From an uncultured Gemmatimonadales bacterium (lineage in GTDB: Bacteria > Gemmatimonadota > Gemmatimonadetes > Longimicrobiales > Longimicrobiaceae), in contig OY970303.1 in NCBI GenBank assembly GCA_963716255.1, forward strand, positions 8,032,001 to 8,096,000: 64,000 nt of DNA, written 5' to 3'. Shown in pieces: positions 1 through 9,857 of this stretch. The notes below the pieces were generated by a model. It searched no databases, was not told the DNA's origin, and saw only the letters and a list, made by a program, of their open reading frames with translations. Every line of letters begins with the position of its first letter. Position 1 is the stretch's first letter. The translations under genes were made by a program, and so were the position numbers.

Positions 1-421
1 CGACGGCTACACCGTGTCCGCGGGCGTCTGCGGCAACGGCGACGGCGACCCCGGCGAGCTCCGGGTGGACCTGTCCAGCTGGAGCACCCGCGCCGCGGTC
101 AGCAAGCGGCTCCTGGGGCTGGGGCTCGCCGCGGGCGTGGGCTACGACCGCTTCGCCAGCGACGCGGCCTTCGGCTTCCGCACCCGCTGCCCGGACGCCG
201 GTGCGGGCGACTGCTACGCGCGCTTCTCCGGCCTGGAGCTGGACAACGGCCGCTGGTCCGGCTTCGTGGACGGCTCCTTCTCGCTGCTGATGGCCACCTT
301 CGCCGCCGAGCTGGGGTGGCTCCAGGGGGAAGGCGCCATCGATGGCTTCCCCTCGGCGAGCGACTTCGACCCGGGGAGCGGGACCTTCTTCGGGAGCCTC
401 GGCTTCCGCATCGCGCTGTAG
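1..421 (+). CDS. 5'-truncated hypothetical protein, possibly the C-terminus of an outer-membrane beta-barrel
   Basis: Frame open from the window edge to TAG at 419-421; alternating hydrophobic strands ending in GSLGFRIAL. Confidence 0.5.
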   Translation, partial: DGYTVSAGVCGNGDGDPGELRVDLSSWSTRAAVSKRLLGLGLAAGVGYDRFASDAAFGFRTRCPDAGAGDCYARFSGLELDNGRWSGFVDGSFSLLMATFAAELGWLQGEGAIDGFPSASDFDPGSGTFFGSLGFRIAL

Positions 422-426
422 GCGGG

Positions 427-1520
427 GTGACGCCCGGCGCGGGGAGCCCCGAGGACGCGCGGCACATGCGGCGGGCGCTGGAGCTCGCCGCGCGGGGGTG
501 GGGGCGGGTCGCGCCCAACCCGCTGGTGGGCGCGGTGGTGGCGAGGGGCGGGGAGGTGGTGGGCGAGGGGTGGCACACCGGGTACGGCCGCCCCCACGCC
601 GAGGTGGAGGCGCTGCGCGTCGCCGGCGAGGCGGCGCGGGGCGCCACCCTGTACGTGACGCTGGAGCCCTGCGCGCACCACGGAAAGACGCCGCCGTGCA
701 CCGACGCGATCCTCGCGGCCGGCGTGCGGCGCGTCGTGTTCGCGGCCTCCGACCCCAACCCCAGGGCCGCCGGCGGGTGCGCCGTGCTGGAGACCGCGGG
801 CGTAGAGGTGGAGCGCGGCGTGGAGATGCGGGCCGCGCTGGACCTCAACGCCCCCTTCTTCCACGGGATCGCCGGGCCCGAGCGCCCCTGGACCGAGCTC
901 AAGCTCGCCGTATCCCTGGACGGGCGGGTCGCGGACCGCGACGGCCGCTCCGCCTGGATCACCGGCGAGGAGGCCCGGGCCGAGGTCCACCGCATGCGCG
1001 CCGGCTTCGGCGCGGTGGCGGTGGGGATCGGCACCGCGCTCGCCGACGACCCGCGGCTCACCGTGCGCGGCGCGGTGGAGCCGCGCGTCCCCCCCTCCGC
1101 GTCGTCTTCGACCGGCGGCTGCGCCTGCCGCCCGCGGGCGAGCTGGCGCGGACGGCGCGCGAAGTGTCGGTGACCGTCGTCGCCGCCCCGGACGCCCCGG
1201 CCGAGCGCCGCGCCGCGCTGGAGGCGCTGGGCGTGCGCGTGCTCGTGGCCGAGACGCTGTGGGACGGGCTGCGCGAGCTGCGCCGCGCCGGGATCGGCTC
1301 GCTGTTCTGCGAGGGCGGCGCCGTGCTCGGCGGGGCGCTGCTGCGGGCCGAGGTGGTGGACCGGCTGCACCTCTTCCAGGCGCCGCTCTTCCTGGGCCCC
1401 GAGGGGGCCAACCCCTTCGCGGCGCTGGACAGCCCGCCCATCGGCGAGGCGGACCGCTGGCGCCGGCTGCGGACGGAAGCGTTCGGGCCGGACACGTTGG
1501 TGACCCTGGCCAGGGAGTAG
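427..1520 (+). CDS. ribD: Bifunctional diaminohydroxyphosphoribosylaminopyrimidine deaminase / reductase, split by a -1 frameshift at the C7 run 1089-1095
   Basis: PNPLVGAV, HAE and TLEPCAHHGKTPPC in the frame of ORF 316; LRVVFDRRLR and CEGG in the frame of ORF 342; GTG start at 427. Confidence 0.92.
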
Positions 1521-1523
1521 CGA

Positions 1524-2177
1524 GTGTTCACGGGGATCGTGGAGGAGGTGGGCACCATCGCCGCGGTGCGCGAGGCCGGCGCCGGGGTGGAGCTCGACGT
1601 GCGCGCCCGGGTCGTGCTGGAGGGGATCGCCCTGGGCGACAGCATCGCCATGGACGGCGTCTGCCTCACCGCCACCGCGTTCGACGCCGGGGGCTACACC
1701 GTGCAGGCGGTGGCCACCACGCTGGGGCGCACCACGCTGGGCGAATTCGCGCCGGGGCGCCGCGTCAACCTGGAGCGCGCCGCCGCGCTCGGCGCGCGGC
1801 TGGGCGGGCACCTGGTGCAGGGGCACGTGGACGGCGTGGGCGAGGTGCGGTCCGTGGTCCCGCGCGGCGAGCTGGTGCTCATCGACTTCACCCTCCCGCG
1901 CGAGGTGGACGAGGTCACCATCCTGCACGGCTCCATCACCCTGAACGGCGTCAGCCTCACCGTCAACGACCTCCCCGCGCCGGGCGTCGCGCAGGTGTCC
2001 ATCATCCCCTTCACCTGGGACCACACCGCCCTCGCCGACCTGCGGCCGGGCGCGCGCGTGAACCTGGAGGGGGACATGATCGGCAAGTACGTCCGGCGGC
2101 TGCTGGACCGCCCCCGCGAGGCCGGAGGCGGCGGGGCGGGTCCGGGCGTGGACCCGGCGGGCGCAGCGGGGTACTAG
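1524..2177 (+). CDS. ribE: Riboflavin synthase (alpha chain)
   Basis: MFTGIVEE, GVCLT, GGHLVQGHVDG, VNLEGD. Confidence 0.96.
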   Translation: MFTGIVEEVGTIAAVREAGAGVELDVRARVVLEGIALGDSIAMDGVCLTATAFDAGGYTVQAVATTLGRTTLGEFAPGRRVNLERAAALGARLGGHLVQGHVDGVGEVRSVVPRGELVLIDFTLPREVDEVTILHGSITLNGVSLTVNDLPAPGVAQVSIIPFTWDHTALADLRPGARVNLEGDMIGKYVRRLLDRPREAGGGGAGPGVDPAGAAGY

Positions 2178-2180
2178 ATG

Positions 2181-2223
2181 GAAGCCGCCGGGGGACCTAT
2201 CTTCCCGGCGGCAACTTCTTTTT
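2181..2223 (+). terminator. Hairpin plus U-tract between ribE and ribBA (terminator/attenuator-like)
   Basis: GCCGCCGGGGGA-cctatc-TTCCCGGCGGC followed by aacttctttttt. Confidence 0.4.
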
Positions 2224-2236
2224 CAGCGGCGAGACC

Positions 2237-3442
2237 ATGGCTTTCGATCGCGTCGAAGACGCTATACAGGACATCCGCGACGGCAGGATGGTGATCGTCG
2301 CGGACGACGAGGACCGCGAGAACGAGGGCGACCTCGTCTGCGCCGCGTCCGCCGTCACCCCCGAGATCATCAACTTCATGGCCGTGCACGGGCGCGGGCT
2401 CGTGTGCGTCGCGCTCACCCAGGAGCGCGCCGACGAGCTGGACCTGCGCCCCATGAGCGAGTTCAACACCGAGGCGCAGGGCACCGCCTTCACGGTGTCC
2501 GTGGACGCCGCCGCAAAGTTCGGCGTGACCACCGGGATCAGCGCCGCGGACCGGGCAAAGACCATCCAGGTGTGCATCGACCCGGAGAGCCGGCCCTCCG
2601 ACCTGCGCCGCCCCGGCCACGTCTTCCCCCTGCGCGCGCGCCCGGGCGGCGTGCTGCGGCGGGTGGGGCAGACCGAGGCCTCCGTGGACCTCGCGCGGCT
2701 CGCCGGGCTTCCCCCCGCGGGCGTGATCTGCGAGATCCTCAACGACGACGGCAGCATGGCGCGGCGCCCCGAGCTGGAGGTGTTCGCGCAGAAGCACGGC
2801 CTCAAGTTCATCACCGTCGCCGACATCGTGGCCCACCGGCTCCAGCGCGAGCGGCTGGTGCGGCGCGAGGCCGAGGCCGTGATCCCCACCCCTCACGGCG
2901 ACTGGAAGATCATCGCCTACCGCAACGAGCTGGACCAGTTCGAGCACGTGGCCATGGTCAAGGGCGACGTGGCCGGCGAGCACGACGTGCTGGTGAGGAT
3001 GCACTCCGAGTGCCTCACCGGCGACGTGTTCCACTCGCTGCGCTGCGACTGCGGCGAGCAGTTGGAAGCCGCCATGCGTGCCATCGACCGCGAGGGGCGG
3101 GGCGCCATCGTCTACCTGCGGCAGGAAGGGCGGGGGATCGGGCTGGTGCACAAGCTGCGGGCTTATGCCCTGCAGGACGAGGGGATGGACACGGTGCAGG
3201 CCAACGAGGCGCTCGGCTTCCGGCCGGACCTGCGCGACTACGGCATCGGCGCGCAGATCCTGCTGGACCTGGGGCTGTCGTCCATCCGCATCCTGACCAA
3301 CAACCCCAAGAAGATCGTGGGGATGGACGGGTACGGGCTTTCCGTGACCGGGCAGGTGTCGCTGCGGGTGGAGCCCAATCCGCACAACGAAGTGTACCTG
3401 GCGACCAAGCGGGACAAGCTGGGGCACATGCTTCCGGTGTGA
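2237..3442 (+). CDS. ribBA: Bifunctional DHBP synthase / GTP cyclohydrolase II
   Basis: DDEDRENEGD, RPGHVFPL, RMHSECLTGD, RCDCG, QEGRGIGL, TNNPKK. Confidence 0.97.
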   Translation: MAFDRVEDAIQDIRDGRMVIVADDEDRENEGDLVCAASAVTPEIINFMAVHGRGLVCVALTQERADELDLRPMSEFNTEAQGTAFTVSVDAAAKFGVTTGISAADRAKTIQVCIDPESRPSDLRRPGHVFPLRARPGGVLRRVGQTEASVDLARLAGLPPAGVICEILNDDGSMARRPELEVFAQKHGLKFITVADIVAHRLQRERLVRREAEAVIPTPHGDWKIIAYRNELDQFEHVAMVKGDVAGEHDVLVRMHSECLTGDVFHSLRCDCGEQLEAAMRAIDREGRGAIVYLRQEGRGIGLVHKLRAYALQDEGMDTVQANEALGFRPDLRDYGIGAQILLDLGLSSIRILTNNPKKIVGMDGYGLSVTGQVSLRVEPNPHNEVYLATKRDKLGHMLPV

Positions 3443-3471
3443 TGGCTGGAACGGCTTTGAACGGCGGGCTT

Positions 3472-3604
3472 GGGCGTGTCCCCGGCTGGCGCCGGGGCCG
3501 GGCTTCGGCTCCGTAAGCGAGCAAACAACGCTCGCTAACGGAGTCGAGCCCCGGCGGAAACAGCCCCGCCGGGTCTCGCCCCTTCGGGCCGAAATCCCTC
3601 ACGC
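3472..3604 (+). repeat. Dispersed structured element, copy 1
   Basis: GGGCGTG...GGGCTTCGGCTCCGTA-N7-AAACAAC-N7'-AACGGAGTCGAGCCC...AATCCCTCACGC. Confidence 0.9.
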
Positions 3605-3639
3605 GGGGATCGCGCTGGCGTCGGCGAGGGTGGGCCCCC

Positions 3640-3684
3640 TCACCCCCCGGCCCCCTCTCCCCCGCAAGCGGGGGAAAGGGGGAG
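3640..3684. repeat. REP-like GC hairpin (CCCTCTCCCCCGCAAGCGGGGGAAAGGG family)
   Basis: Related hairpins at ~5982, 6050, 16138, 32090, 32224, 37188, 53164 and 58437. Confidence 0.65.
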
Positions 3685-3910
3685 GACGGCAGGAGGGACG
3701 ACGGGCGGGTGGAGGGCCGACGGGAGGGTGCGGGGGTGGTCGGAGGGAAGAGTCGGGGGTGTGGTGGTGGGCAGGGCATTGACTCTTCCCGGAGACCGCC
3801 CCCGCGCCCGACCTCCACGCACGGAGCCCGGGCAGTTCAGCCCCTCGGACGGACCCCGGAGGGTGGCGAGCCGGGCAAGGGCAGGCTGAAAGACCTTTTC
3901 GGGAGCGAAG

Positions 3911-4384
3911 ATGATCGAGCACTCCGGGATGCTGCGGGGCGAGGGAAGGCGGTTCGGGATCGTCATCGGCAGGTTCAACGAGCTGGTGACGCGGCAGCTG
4001 CTGGTGGGCGCGCGCGACTGCCTGGTGCGCCACGGCGTGGCGGACGACGACATCGAGGCGGTGTGGGTGCCCGGCGCCTTCGAGATCCCCGCGGCGCTGC
4101 GGCGGCTCGCGCGCATGGAGCGCTTCGACGCGCTGATCGCGCTGGGCGCCGTGATCCGCGGCGGGACGCCCCACTTCGACTACGTGGCGGGGCAGGCGGC
4201 GAGCGGCGTGGCCGCGGTGGGCGCGTCCACCGACGTGCCGGTGGTGTTCGGGGTGCTCACCACGGACAGCATCGAGCAGGCGATCGAGCGGGCGGGGACC
4301 AAGGCCGGCAACAAGGGGTGGGACGCGGCGATGACGGCGCTGGAGATGGCCGACCTGTTCGCGCGCCTGGAGGGGCGCCCGTGA
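3911..4384 (+). CDS. ribH: 6,7-dimethyl-8-ribityllumazine synthase
   Basis: [34 protein letters not shown]. Confidence 0.97.
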   Translation: MIEHSGMLRGEGRRFGIVIGRFNELVTRQLLVGARDCLVRHGVADDDIEAVWVPGAFEIPAALRRLARMERFDALIALGAVIRGGTPHFDYVAGQAASGVAAVGASTDVPVVFGVLTTDSIEQAIERAGTKAGNKGWDAAMTALEMADLFARLEGRP

Positions 4385-4818
4385 GGTCGCGCAGCCGGGC
4401 CCGCGGCTGGGCGCTGCAGGCGCTGTACGCCTGGGAGTCGCGTGGCGCCGACCCGGAGGCCGCCGTCCGCACCCTGCAGGACCTGTTCGCCAACCTGCGC
4501 GTGTCGCCGCAGAACCGCCCCTACGCCGAGGTGCTGGTGCGGCTGGTGGCCGTGAACCAGCCGCGCATCGACAAGCTGCTGCAGGACTCGCTCACCAACT
4601 GGCGGCTGAATCGCCTGTCGGTGATCGACCGCAACGTGCTGCGGCTGGGCGTGGCCGAGATGCTGTTCGTGGACGATGTCCCGCCGCGCCTTTCCATCCG
4701 CGAGATGGTGAAGCTGGCGGAGAAGTACAGCACGCACGAGAGCCCGCGCTTCGTCAACGGCGTGCTGGACGCCGTCATGCGCGCCGCCCTCCCGGGGGAG
4801 GCCGCGGGCGAGCGGTGA
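4381..4818 (+). CDS. nusB: Transcription antitermination factor NusB
   Basis: [32 protein letters not shown] start overlaps the ribH stop. Confidence 0.93.
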   Translation: MRSRSRARGWALQALYAWESRGADPEAAVRTLQDLFANLRVSPQNRPYAEVLVRLVAVNQPRIDKLLQDSLTNWRLNRLSVIDRNVLRLGVAEMLFVDDVPPRLSIREMVKLAEKYSTHESPRFVNGVLDAVMRAALPGEAAGER

Positions 4819-5924
4819 AGCTGCTCGTCGTCAACTGGCAGGACCGGCTCAACCCGCAGGCCGGGGGCGCCGAGATCCACGTCCACGAGACGTTCGGGCG
4901 GCTGGCGGAGCGCGGCCACCGCGTGGCGCTGCTGGTCTCCGGCTTCGCGGGGGCGGCCCAGCGCGAGCGGCTGGACGGGATGGAGGTGCACCGGGTGGGC
5001 GGGCGTCACACCTTCGGGGCGCTGGCGCCCGGCTACTACCGCCGCCACCTGGCCGCGGAGCGCTTCGACGCGGTCGTGGAGGCGCTCAACAAGGTCCCGG
5101 TGTTCTCGCCGCTGTGGGCCGGGCGCCCCGTGGTGCTGCTGGTGCACCACCTGTTCGGCGCCACGGCGTTCCGGGAGGCCTCGCTCCCCCTGGCCACCGC
5201 CACCTGGCTGCTGGAGCGACCCCTGGGCCCCGTGTACCGCCGCGTCCCGGCGCAGGCGATCTCCCGGAGCACGGCGGAGGACCTGGTGGACCGCGGCCTG
5301 CACCCCGGCGAGATCCGGGTGATCTACCCCGGCGTGGACCTGGGCTACTACACGCCGGACGCGGCCGCCGCGAGGCTCCCGGAGCCGACCTTTTTGTACC
5401 TGGGGCGGCTGCGGCGCTACAAGGGGATCCATTTCGTGCTGCGGGCGGTGGCCATGCTGCGCGACCGCGGCACGCACGTGCGGCTGATGGTGGGCGGCAA
5501 GGGCGACCACGAGCCGGAGCTGAAGAAGCTGGCGGCGGAGCTGCGCCTGGAAGACCGCGTGGAATTCCTGGGCTTCGTCAGCGAGGAGCGAAAGCGCGAG
5601 CTCTTCCGGACCGTGTGGGCCAACGTGTTCCCCTCGCCCAAGGAGGGCTGGGGGATCACCAACCTGGAAGCCGCCGCCTGCGGCACCCCCACCGTCGCCA
5701 GCGACTCGCCCGGCCTGCGCGAGTCGGTGCTGGACGGCCGCACCGGCACCCTGGTCCCCCATGGCGACGTCGCCGCGCTGGCCGCCGCGCTGGAAGCGCT
5801 GGCCAGGGATCCCGGACGGGTGGAGGCGCTCGGCCGCGAGGCGCTGGACTTCGCCAGCCAGTTCACCTGGCGGCGCACCGCGGAAGAAACCGAGGCGCAC
5901 CTGCTGGCCGTGACGGCGGAGTAG
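4815..5924 (+). CDS. Glycosyltransferase family 4
   Basis: GGAE, YLGRLRRYKG, EGWGITNLEAAACG. Confidence 0.9.
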   Translation: MKLLVVNWQDRLNPQAGGAEIHVHETFGRLAERGHRVALLVSGFAGAAQRERLDGMEVHRVGGRHTFGALAPGYYRRHLAAERFDAVVEALNKVPVFSPLWAGRPVVLLVHHLFGATAFREASLPLATATWLLERPLGPVYRRVPAQAISRSTAEDLVDRGLHPGEIRVIYPGVDLGYYTPDAAAARLPEPTFLYLGRLRRYKGIHFVLRAVAMLRDRGTHVRLMVGGKGDHEPELKKLAAELRLEDRVEFLGFVSEERKRELFRTVWANVFPSPKEGWGITNLEAAACGTPTVASDSPGLRESVLDGRTGTLVPHGDVAALAAALEALARDPGRVEALGREALDFASQFTWRRTAEETEAHLLAVTAE

Positions 5925-5931
5925 GAACGGC

Positions 5932-5954
5932 AGGGAACAGGGAATAGGGAATAG
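5932..5954 (+). repeat. Short tandem heptamer AGGGAA(C/T) x3
   Basis: agggaac-agggaat-agggaat-ag. Confidence 0.6.
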
Positions 5955-6117
5955 CCTGCAACGGCGACGGCACCCCCCGGCCCCCTCTCCCACAAGGGGA
6001 GAGGTGGAGCACGACATGGCAAAGGCGGGGATCGTCAGTGTGGTTATTCCCCTCTCCCGGAACGGGGGAGGGTGGCGAGCCTCAAGCGAGCCGGGTGGGG
6101 GCCTCCCGCCGTTGCCC

Positions 6118-6244
6118 GCGTGAGGGATGCGAGCGCGGAGCGGCGAGACCCGGCGGCCGTTTGCCGGGGCTCGCCTCCGTTGCAAACGGTTGTATCGTTT
6201 GCTACGGAGCCGCAGCCCGACCCCGCGTCAGCGGGGGCACGCCC
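6118..6244 (-). repeat. Dispersed structured element, copy 2 (divergent)
   Basis: Reverse complement of the element; inner hairpin GCAAACG-ATACAAC-CGTTTGC. Confidence 0.85.
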
Positions 6245-6330
6245 GAACCCGCAGTTCCAGCAGTAAAAGCAGTTGCAGTTCCTGACGAGACCAGAAGGCG
6301 GGATACGATGACCAGGCACGGGAAATCCGC

Positions 6331-7290
6331 ATGCGTCCGTTGACGGTCGAGGAGCTGCTCCGCCTGAAAAGGGACCCGCTCGCCCTGGAGCTGCTCACGG
6401 ACGAGCGCGGACTGAGCCGCACCATCGGCGGACCGGACATCTCCAGCCCCGGCCTGGTGCTCACCGGCTACACCGAGCGCTTCCCGGCGGAGCGCATGCA
6501 GGTGCTGGGCGAGACCGAGGTGGCGTTCCTGGAGTCGCTGGACGAGGAAAGGCGCCGGCAGGCCATCGAGGTGTTCTTTTCCTTCAACCTGCCGGTGGTC
6601 TTCGTCACCAAGGGGCAGATCCCGCCGGAGCCGCTGCTGGCGATCGCCAACGACCGCGGCACCCCGGTGATCCTCACCCACCTCAAGACCGCGGACTTCT
6701 ACTCCCGCATCAAGCCCTTCCTGGAAGACCGCTTCGCCCCCACCACCACCATGCACGGCTCGCTCGCCGACGTGTACGGCGTGGGGCTGCTGTTCGTGGG
6801 GCGCAGCGGGATCGGCAAGAGCGAGACGGTGCTGGACCTGGTGGAGCGCGGGCACCGGCTGGTGGCCGACGACATGGTGATCATCTCCCGCCGCGGAAAC
6901 GAGATCCTGATCGGGCGCGGGCACGAGCTGCAGCGGCACCACATGGAGATCCGGGGGGTAGGCATCATCGACGTGCAGGAGCTCTTCGGCATCCGCGCCA
7001 TCCGCCAGCAGAAGCGGGTCGAGGTGGTGGTTCAGCTGGAGGTGTGGGACGAGAAGGCGCACTACGACCGCACCGGGCTGGAGCCGCAGTCGCTGGACAT
7101 CCTGGGGGTCTCCATCCCCAAGGTGGTGGTGCCGCTGGTGCCGGGAAAGAACATCACCGTCGTGGCCGAGGTGGTCGCCATGAACCACCTCCTCAAGTAC
7201 TCGGGCGTGGACTCCGCGGCGCTGTTCAACCGGCGGCTGCAGGAGCGCATGCAGGTGTCCTCGGATTACCTGGAAGAAGACTATGAGTGA
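6331..7290 (+). CDS. hprK: HPr(Ser) kinase/phosphorylase
   Basis: HGSLADVYGVGLL, Walker A GRSGIGKSE, RGHRLVADD, MEIRGVGII. Confidence 0.96.
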   Translation: MRPLTVEELLRLKRDPLALELLTDERGLSRTIGGPDISSPGLVLTGYTERFPAERMQVLGETEVAFLESLDEERRRQAIEVFFSFNLPVVFVTKGQIPPEPLLAIANDRGTPVILTHLKTADFYSRIKPFLEDRFAPTTTMHGSLADVYGVGLLFVGRSGIGKSETVLDLVERGHRLVADDMVIISRRGNEILIGRGHELQRHHMEIRGVGIIDVQELFGIRAIRQQKRVEVVVQLEVWDEKAHYDRTGLEPQSLDILGVSIPKVVVPLVPGKNITVVAEVVAMNHLLKYSGVDSAALFNRRLQERMQVSSDYLEEDYE

Positions 7291-7702
7291 AGAGGTCCGC
7301 GGGCTGATCGTGGCGCACTCCAGCCTGGCCGAGGGGATGGTCGCGGCGGTGCGGCAGATCTCGGGGGTGGGGGAGGACGTGCTCCGGCCGCTCACCAACG
7401 AGGGAAAGGGTCCCGAGGGGCTGATGGAGGCGGTCACGCGCGAGCTGGGCGACTCCCCCGCGGTGATCTTCACCGACCTTCCCAGCGGGAGCTGCGCCTT
7501 CGCCGCGCGCAAGCTGTCGCTGTCGCGGCCGGGGACGGGTCTGGTGTGCGGCGTCAACCTCGCCATCCTGCTGGACTTCGTCTTCCACCGCGACATGCCC
7601 CTCCCGCAGCTGGTGGAGCGGCTGGTGGAAAAGGGGCGCGGCGGGATCAACGGCACGTACAAGGAAGGGGTCCCGCATGCCGATCGTGCTCTTTCGCGTT
7701 GA
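7283..7702 (+). CDS. PTS mannose-family EIIA
   Basis: LIVAH, IFTDLPSGS, GVNLAILL. Confidence 0.85.
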   Translation: MSEEVRGLIVAHSSLAEGMVAAVRQISGVGEDVLRPLTNEGKGPEGLMEAVTRELGDSPAVIFTDLPSGSCAFAARKLSLSRPGTGLVCGVNLAILLDFVFHRDMPLPQLVERLVEKGRGGINGTYKEGVPHADRALSR

Positions 7703-8165
7703 CGAGCGCCTGATCCACGGGCAGGTGGTGGTGGGGTGGGGCGGGCCGCTGCACGCGGACCGCATCGTGGTGGTGGACGACGACATCGCGGACAGCGCCT
7801 GGGAGCAGGAGCTGTACTGCCTGGGCGTCCCCCCGGAGATCGAGGCCTCGTTCGTGGGCGTCCCCGAGGCGCGCCGGATGCTGGCCGCGTGGCGCGGCGA
7901 CCCGCGCCGCGTCGTGGTGCTGGTGCGCGGCGTGGCCACGGTGGCGAAGCTGGCGGAGGACGGCGTCCTCCGCGGCGAGGAGGTGAACCTGGGAGGGATC
8001 CACCACGCCGTGGGCCGCGACCGGGTGCTCCCCTACCTGTTCCTTTCCCCCGAGGAGCGGACCGAGCTGCGCGCCCTCGCCGACCAGGGCGGGGTGCGCC
8101 TGTCGGCGCGCGACCTCCCCGGGTCGCGGCGGGTCCCGCTGGACGAGCTCCTGGCGGGCGGGTGA
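7677..8165 (+). CDS. PTS mannose-family EIIB
   Basis: RVDERLIHGQVV, VNLGG. Confidence 0.92.
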   Translation: MPIVLFRVDERLIHGQVVVGWGGPLHADRIVVVDDDIADSAWEQELYCLGVPPEIEASFVGVPEARRMLAAWRGDPRRVVVLVRGVATVAKLAEDGVLRGEEVNLGGIHHAVGRDRVLPYLFLSPEERTELRALADQGGVRLSARDLPGSRRVPLDELLAGG

Positions 8166-8166
8166 G

Positions 8167-8838
8167 ATGATCCCGGAGGCCGGCCCTCTCGTCCTCCTCG
8201 CGCTGTTCGGCGGGCTGGTGGCCGTGGACGGCACCTCGCTGGGGCAGCTCATGCTCTCGCGCCCCGTGGTCGCGGCCACGCTGGCGGGGTGGATCGCGGG
8301 CTCCCCGGAGCACGGCGCCCTGCTGGGCCTCATGCTGGAAGCCTTCCAGCTCACCGTCCTCCCCGTGGGGGCGGCCCGCTACCCGGAGGGCGGCCCCGCG
8401 GCGGTCGCCGCGGCCGGCGCCTACGCCGGGACCTCCCACTCCTACTCCGCGCTGCTGGTGGTGCTGATCTTCGCCCTGGCGCTGGAGCGGGTGGGAGGCG
8501 CCAGCGTGGAGCGCCTCCGGCAGCTCAACGTGCGGCTCTGCCCGCCGCCCGGCCGCACCAGCATCCGCTCCGGGCGGCTGGAGCGGCGGCACCTGCTCGC
8601 CCTGGGGGTGGACTTCGCGCGGGGGGTGGCGCTGGCGGGGGCGGGGACGCTGCTCCTGGGGTGGGTGCTCCAGGAGGGCTTCTTCCTCCTCCCCCACGGC
8701 ACCGTGGCGCGGCTCGCGCTGGGCGCGGTGCTGGCCGCCTCGCTGGGGGCGGTGTTCCGGCTCTTCGGGCGCGACCGGCTCCCGCTGCTGGCGGCCGGGG
8801 CCGGCGTGGGCGTCCTCGTGCTGGTGCTCTTCGGGTGA
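8167..8838 (+). CDS. PTS mannose-family EIIC
   Basis: Hydrophobic; QLMLSRPVV, LPVGAARYPE; lies between EIIB and EIID. Confidence 0.82.
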   Translation: MIPEAGPLVLLALFGGLVAVDGTSLGQLMLSRPVVAATLAGWIAGSPEHGALLGLMLEAFQLTVLPVGAARYPEGGPAAVAAAGAYAGTSHSYSALLVVLIFALALERVGGASVERLRQLNVRLCPPPGRTSIRSGRLERRHLLALGVDFARGVALAGAGTLLLGWVLQEGFFLLPHGTVARLALGAVLAASLGAVFRLFGRDRLPLLAAGAGVGVLVLVLFG

Positions 8839-9572
8839 GCGCGCTCACCCCGGGGACCCGCCGCGCGCTCCTGCTGCGGAGCTTCGCCGTGCAGGGGTCC
8901 TGGAACTACCAGACGCTGATCGGCACGGGTTTCGCGTTCGTGCTCCTGCCGGTTCTCCGCCGCCTGCACCGGGGGAACGAGGAGGCGCTGCGCGAAGCGG
9001 TGGCGCGGCACGCCGAGCTGTTCAACAGCCACCCCTACCTGGTGACGGTGGCGGCGGGGGCGGTGGCCCGGCTGGAGGACGACGGCGTGCCGCCGGAAAC
9101 GGTGACGCGCTTCAAGAACGCGCTGCGCGGCTCGCTGGGCGCCATCGGCGACCGGCTGGTGTGGCAGGCGTGGCGCCCCGCCTGCGCCCTGCTCGCCATC
9201 GTCCTGCTGCTGCTGGGCGCCCCATGGTGGGTGGCGGTCCCCGCCTTCCTGCTGGTGTACAACGCGCTCCACCTGTGGCTCCGCGCATGGGGCCTCCGGG
9301 TGGGGCTGCGGGATGGGCTCGCGGTGGGCAAGGCGCTCCGCGAAGCCCCCTTCGATCGCATGGGCGAGCGCGCCTCCGACGCCGGGGCCTTCCTGGCCGG
9401 CCTGGCGGGGATCCTCGCCGTGGGCGACGCCTCGCGCGGGCCCGCGGAGTACGCGCTGGGCGCCGCGGCGCTCGCCGCCGGGCTCTGGCTGGGCCTCCGT
9501 GTCCGCCTGGCGGTGTGGGCGGTCCTGGTGGTGGTCTGGGCCGTCGACACCCTCGTGGTTGCCACCTCTTGA
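8835..9572 (+). CDS. PTS mannose-family EIID
   Basis: QGSWNYQ, HAELFNSHPY, GSLGAIGD; GTG start at 8835. Confidence 0.88.
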   Translation: MSALTPGTRRALLLRSFAVQGSWNYQTLIGTGFAFVLLPVLRRLHRGNEEALREAVARHAELFNSHPYLVTVAAGAVARLEDDGVPPETVTRFKNALRGSLGAIGDRLVWQAWRPACALLAIVLLLLGAPWWVAVPAFLLVYNALHLWLRAWGLRVGLRDGLAVGKALREAPFDRMGERASDAGAFLAGLAGILAVGDASRGPAEYALGAAALAAGLWLGLRVRLAVWAVLVVVWAVDTLVVATS

Positions 9573-9583
9573 ACCAATCCGGG

Positions 9584-9853
9584 ATGGAACACAGCACGCA
9601 GGTCACGATCCTCAACAAGTACGGCCTCCACGCCCGCCCGGCGGCGGAGTTCGTGAAGCTCGCCAACAAGTTCCAGGCCGAGGTGTGGGTGGCCAAGGAC
9701 CAGGTGGAGGTCAACGGAAAGAGCATCATGGGCGTGATGATGCTGGCCGCCGAGCGCGGCTCCGCGGTGGACATCCGCGCCAACGGGGACGACGCCGAGG
9801 CCGCGGTGGCGGCGCTCGCCAGGCTGGTCGCCGACCGCTTCGGCGAGGAGTGA
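9584..9853 (+). CDS. ptsH: Phosphocarrier protein HPr
   Basis: GLHARPAA (His15 site), NGKSIMGV (Ser46 site). Confidence 0.95.
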   Translation: MEHSTQVTILNKYGLHARPAAEFVKLANKFQAEVWVAKDQVEVNGKSIMGVMMLAAERGSAVDIRANGDDAEAAVAALARLVADRFGEE

Positions 9854-9857
9854 GCCG

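Noticed and set aside
3472..3604. Hammerhead ribozyme (CGAAA present)
   Set aside because: No CTGANGA core, and GAAA is not conserved in copies 2, 4 and 8.
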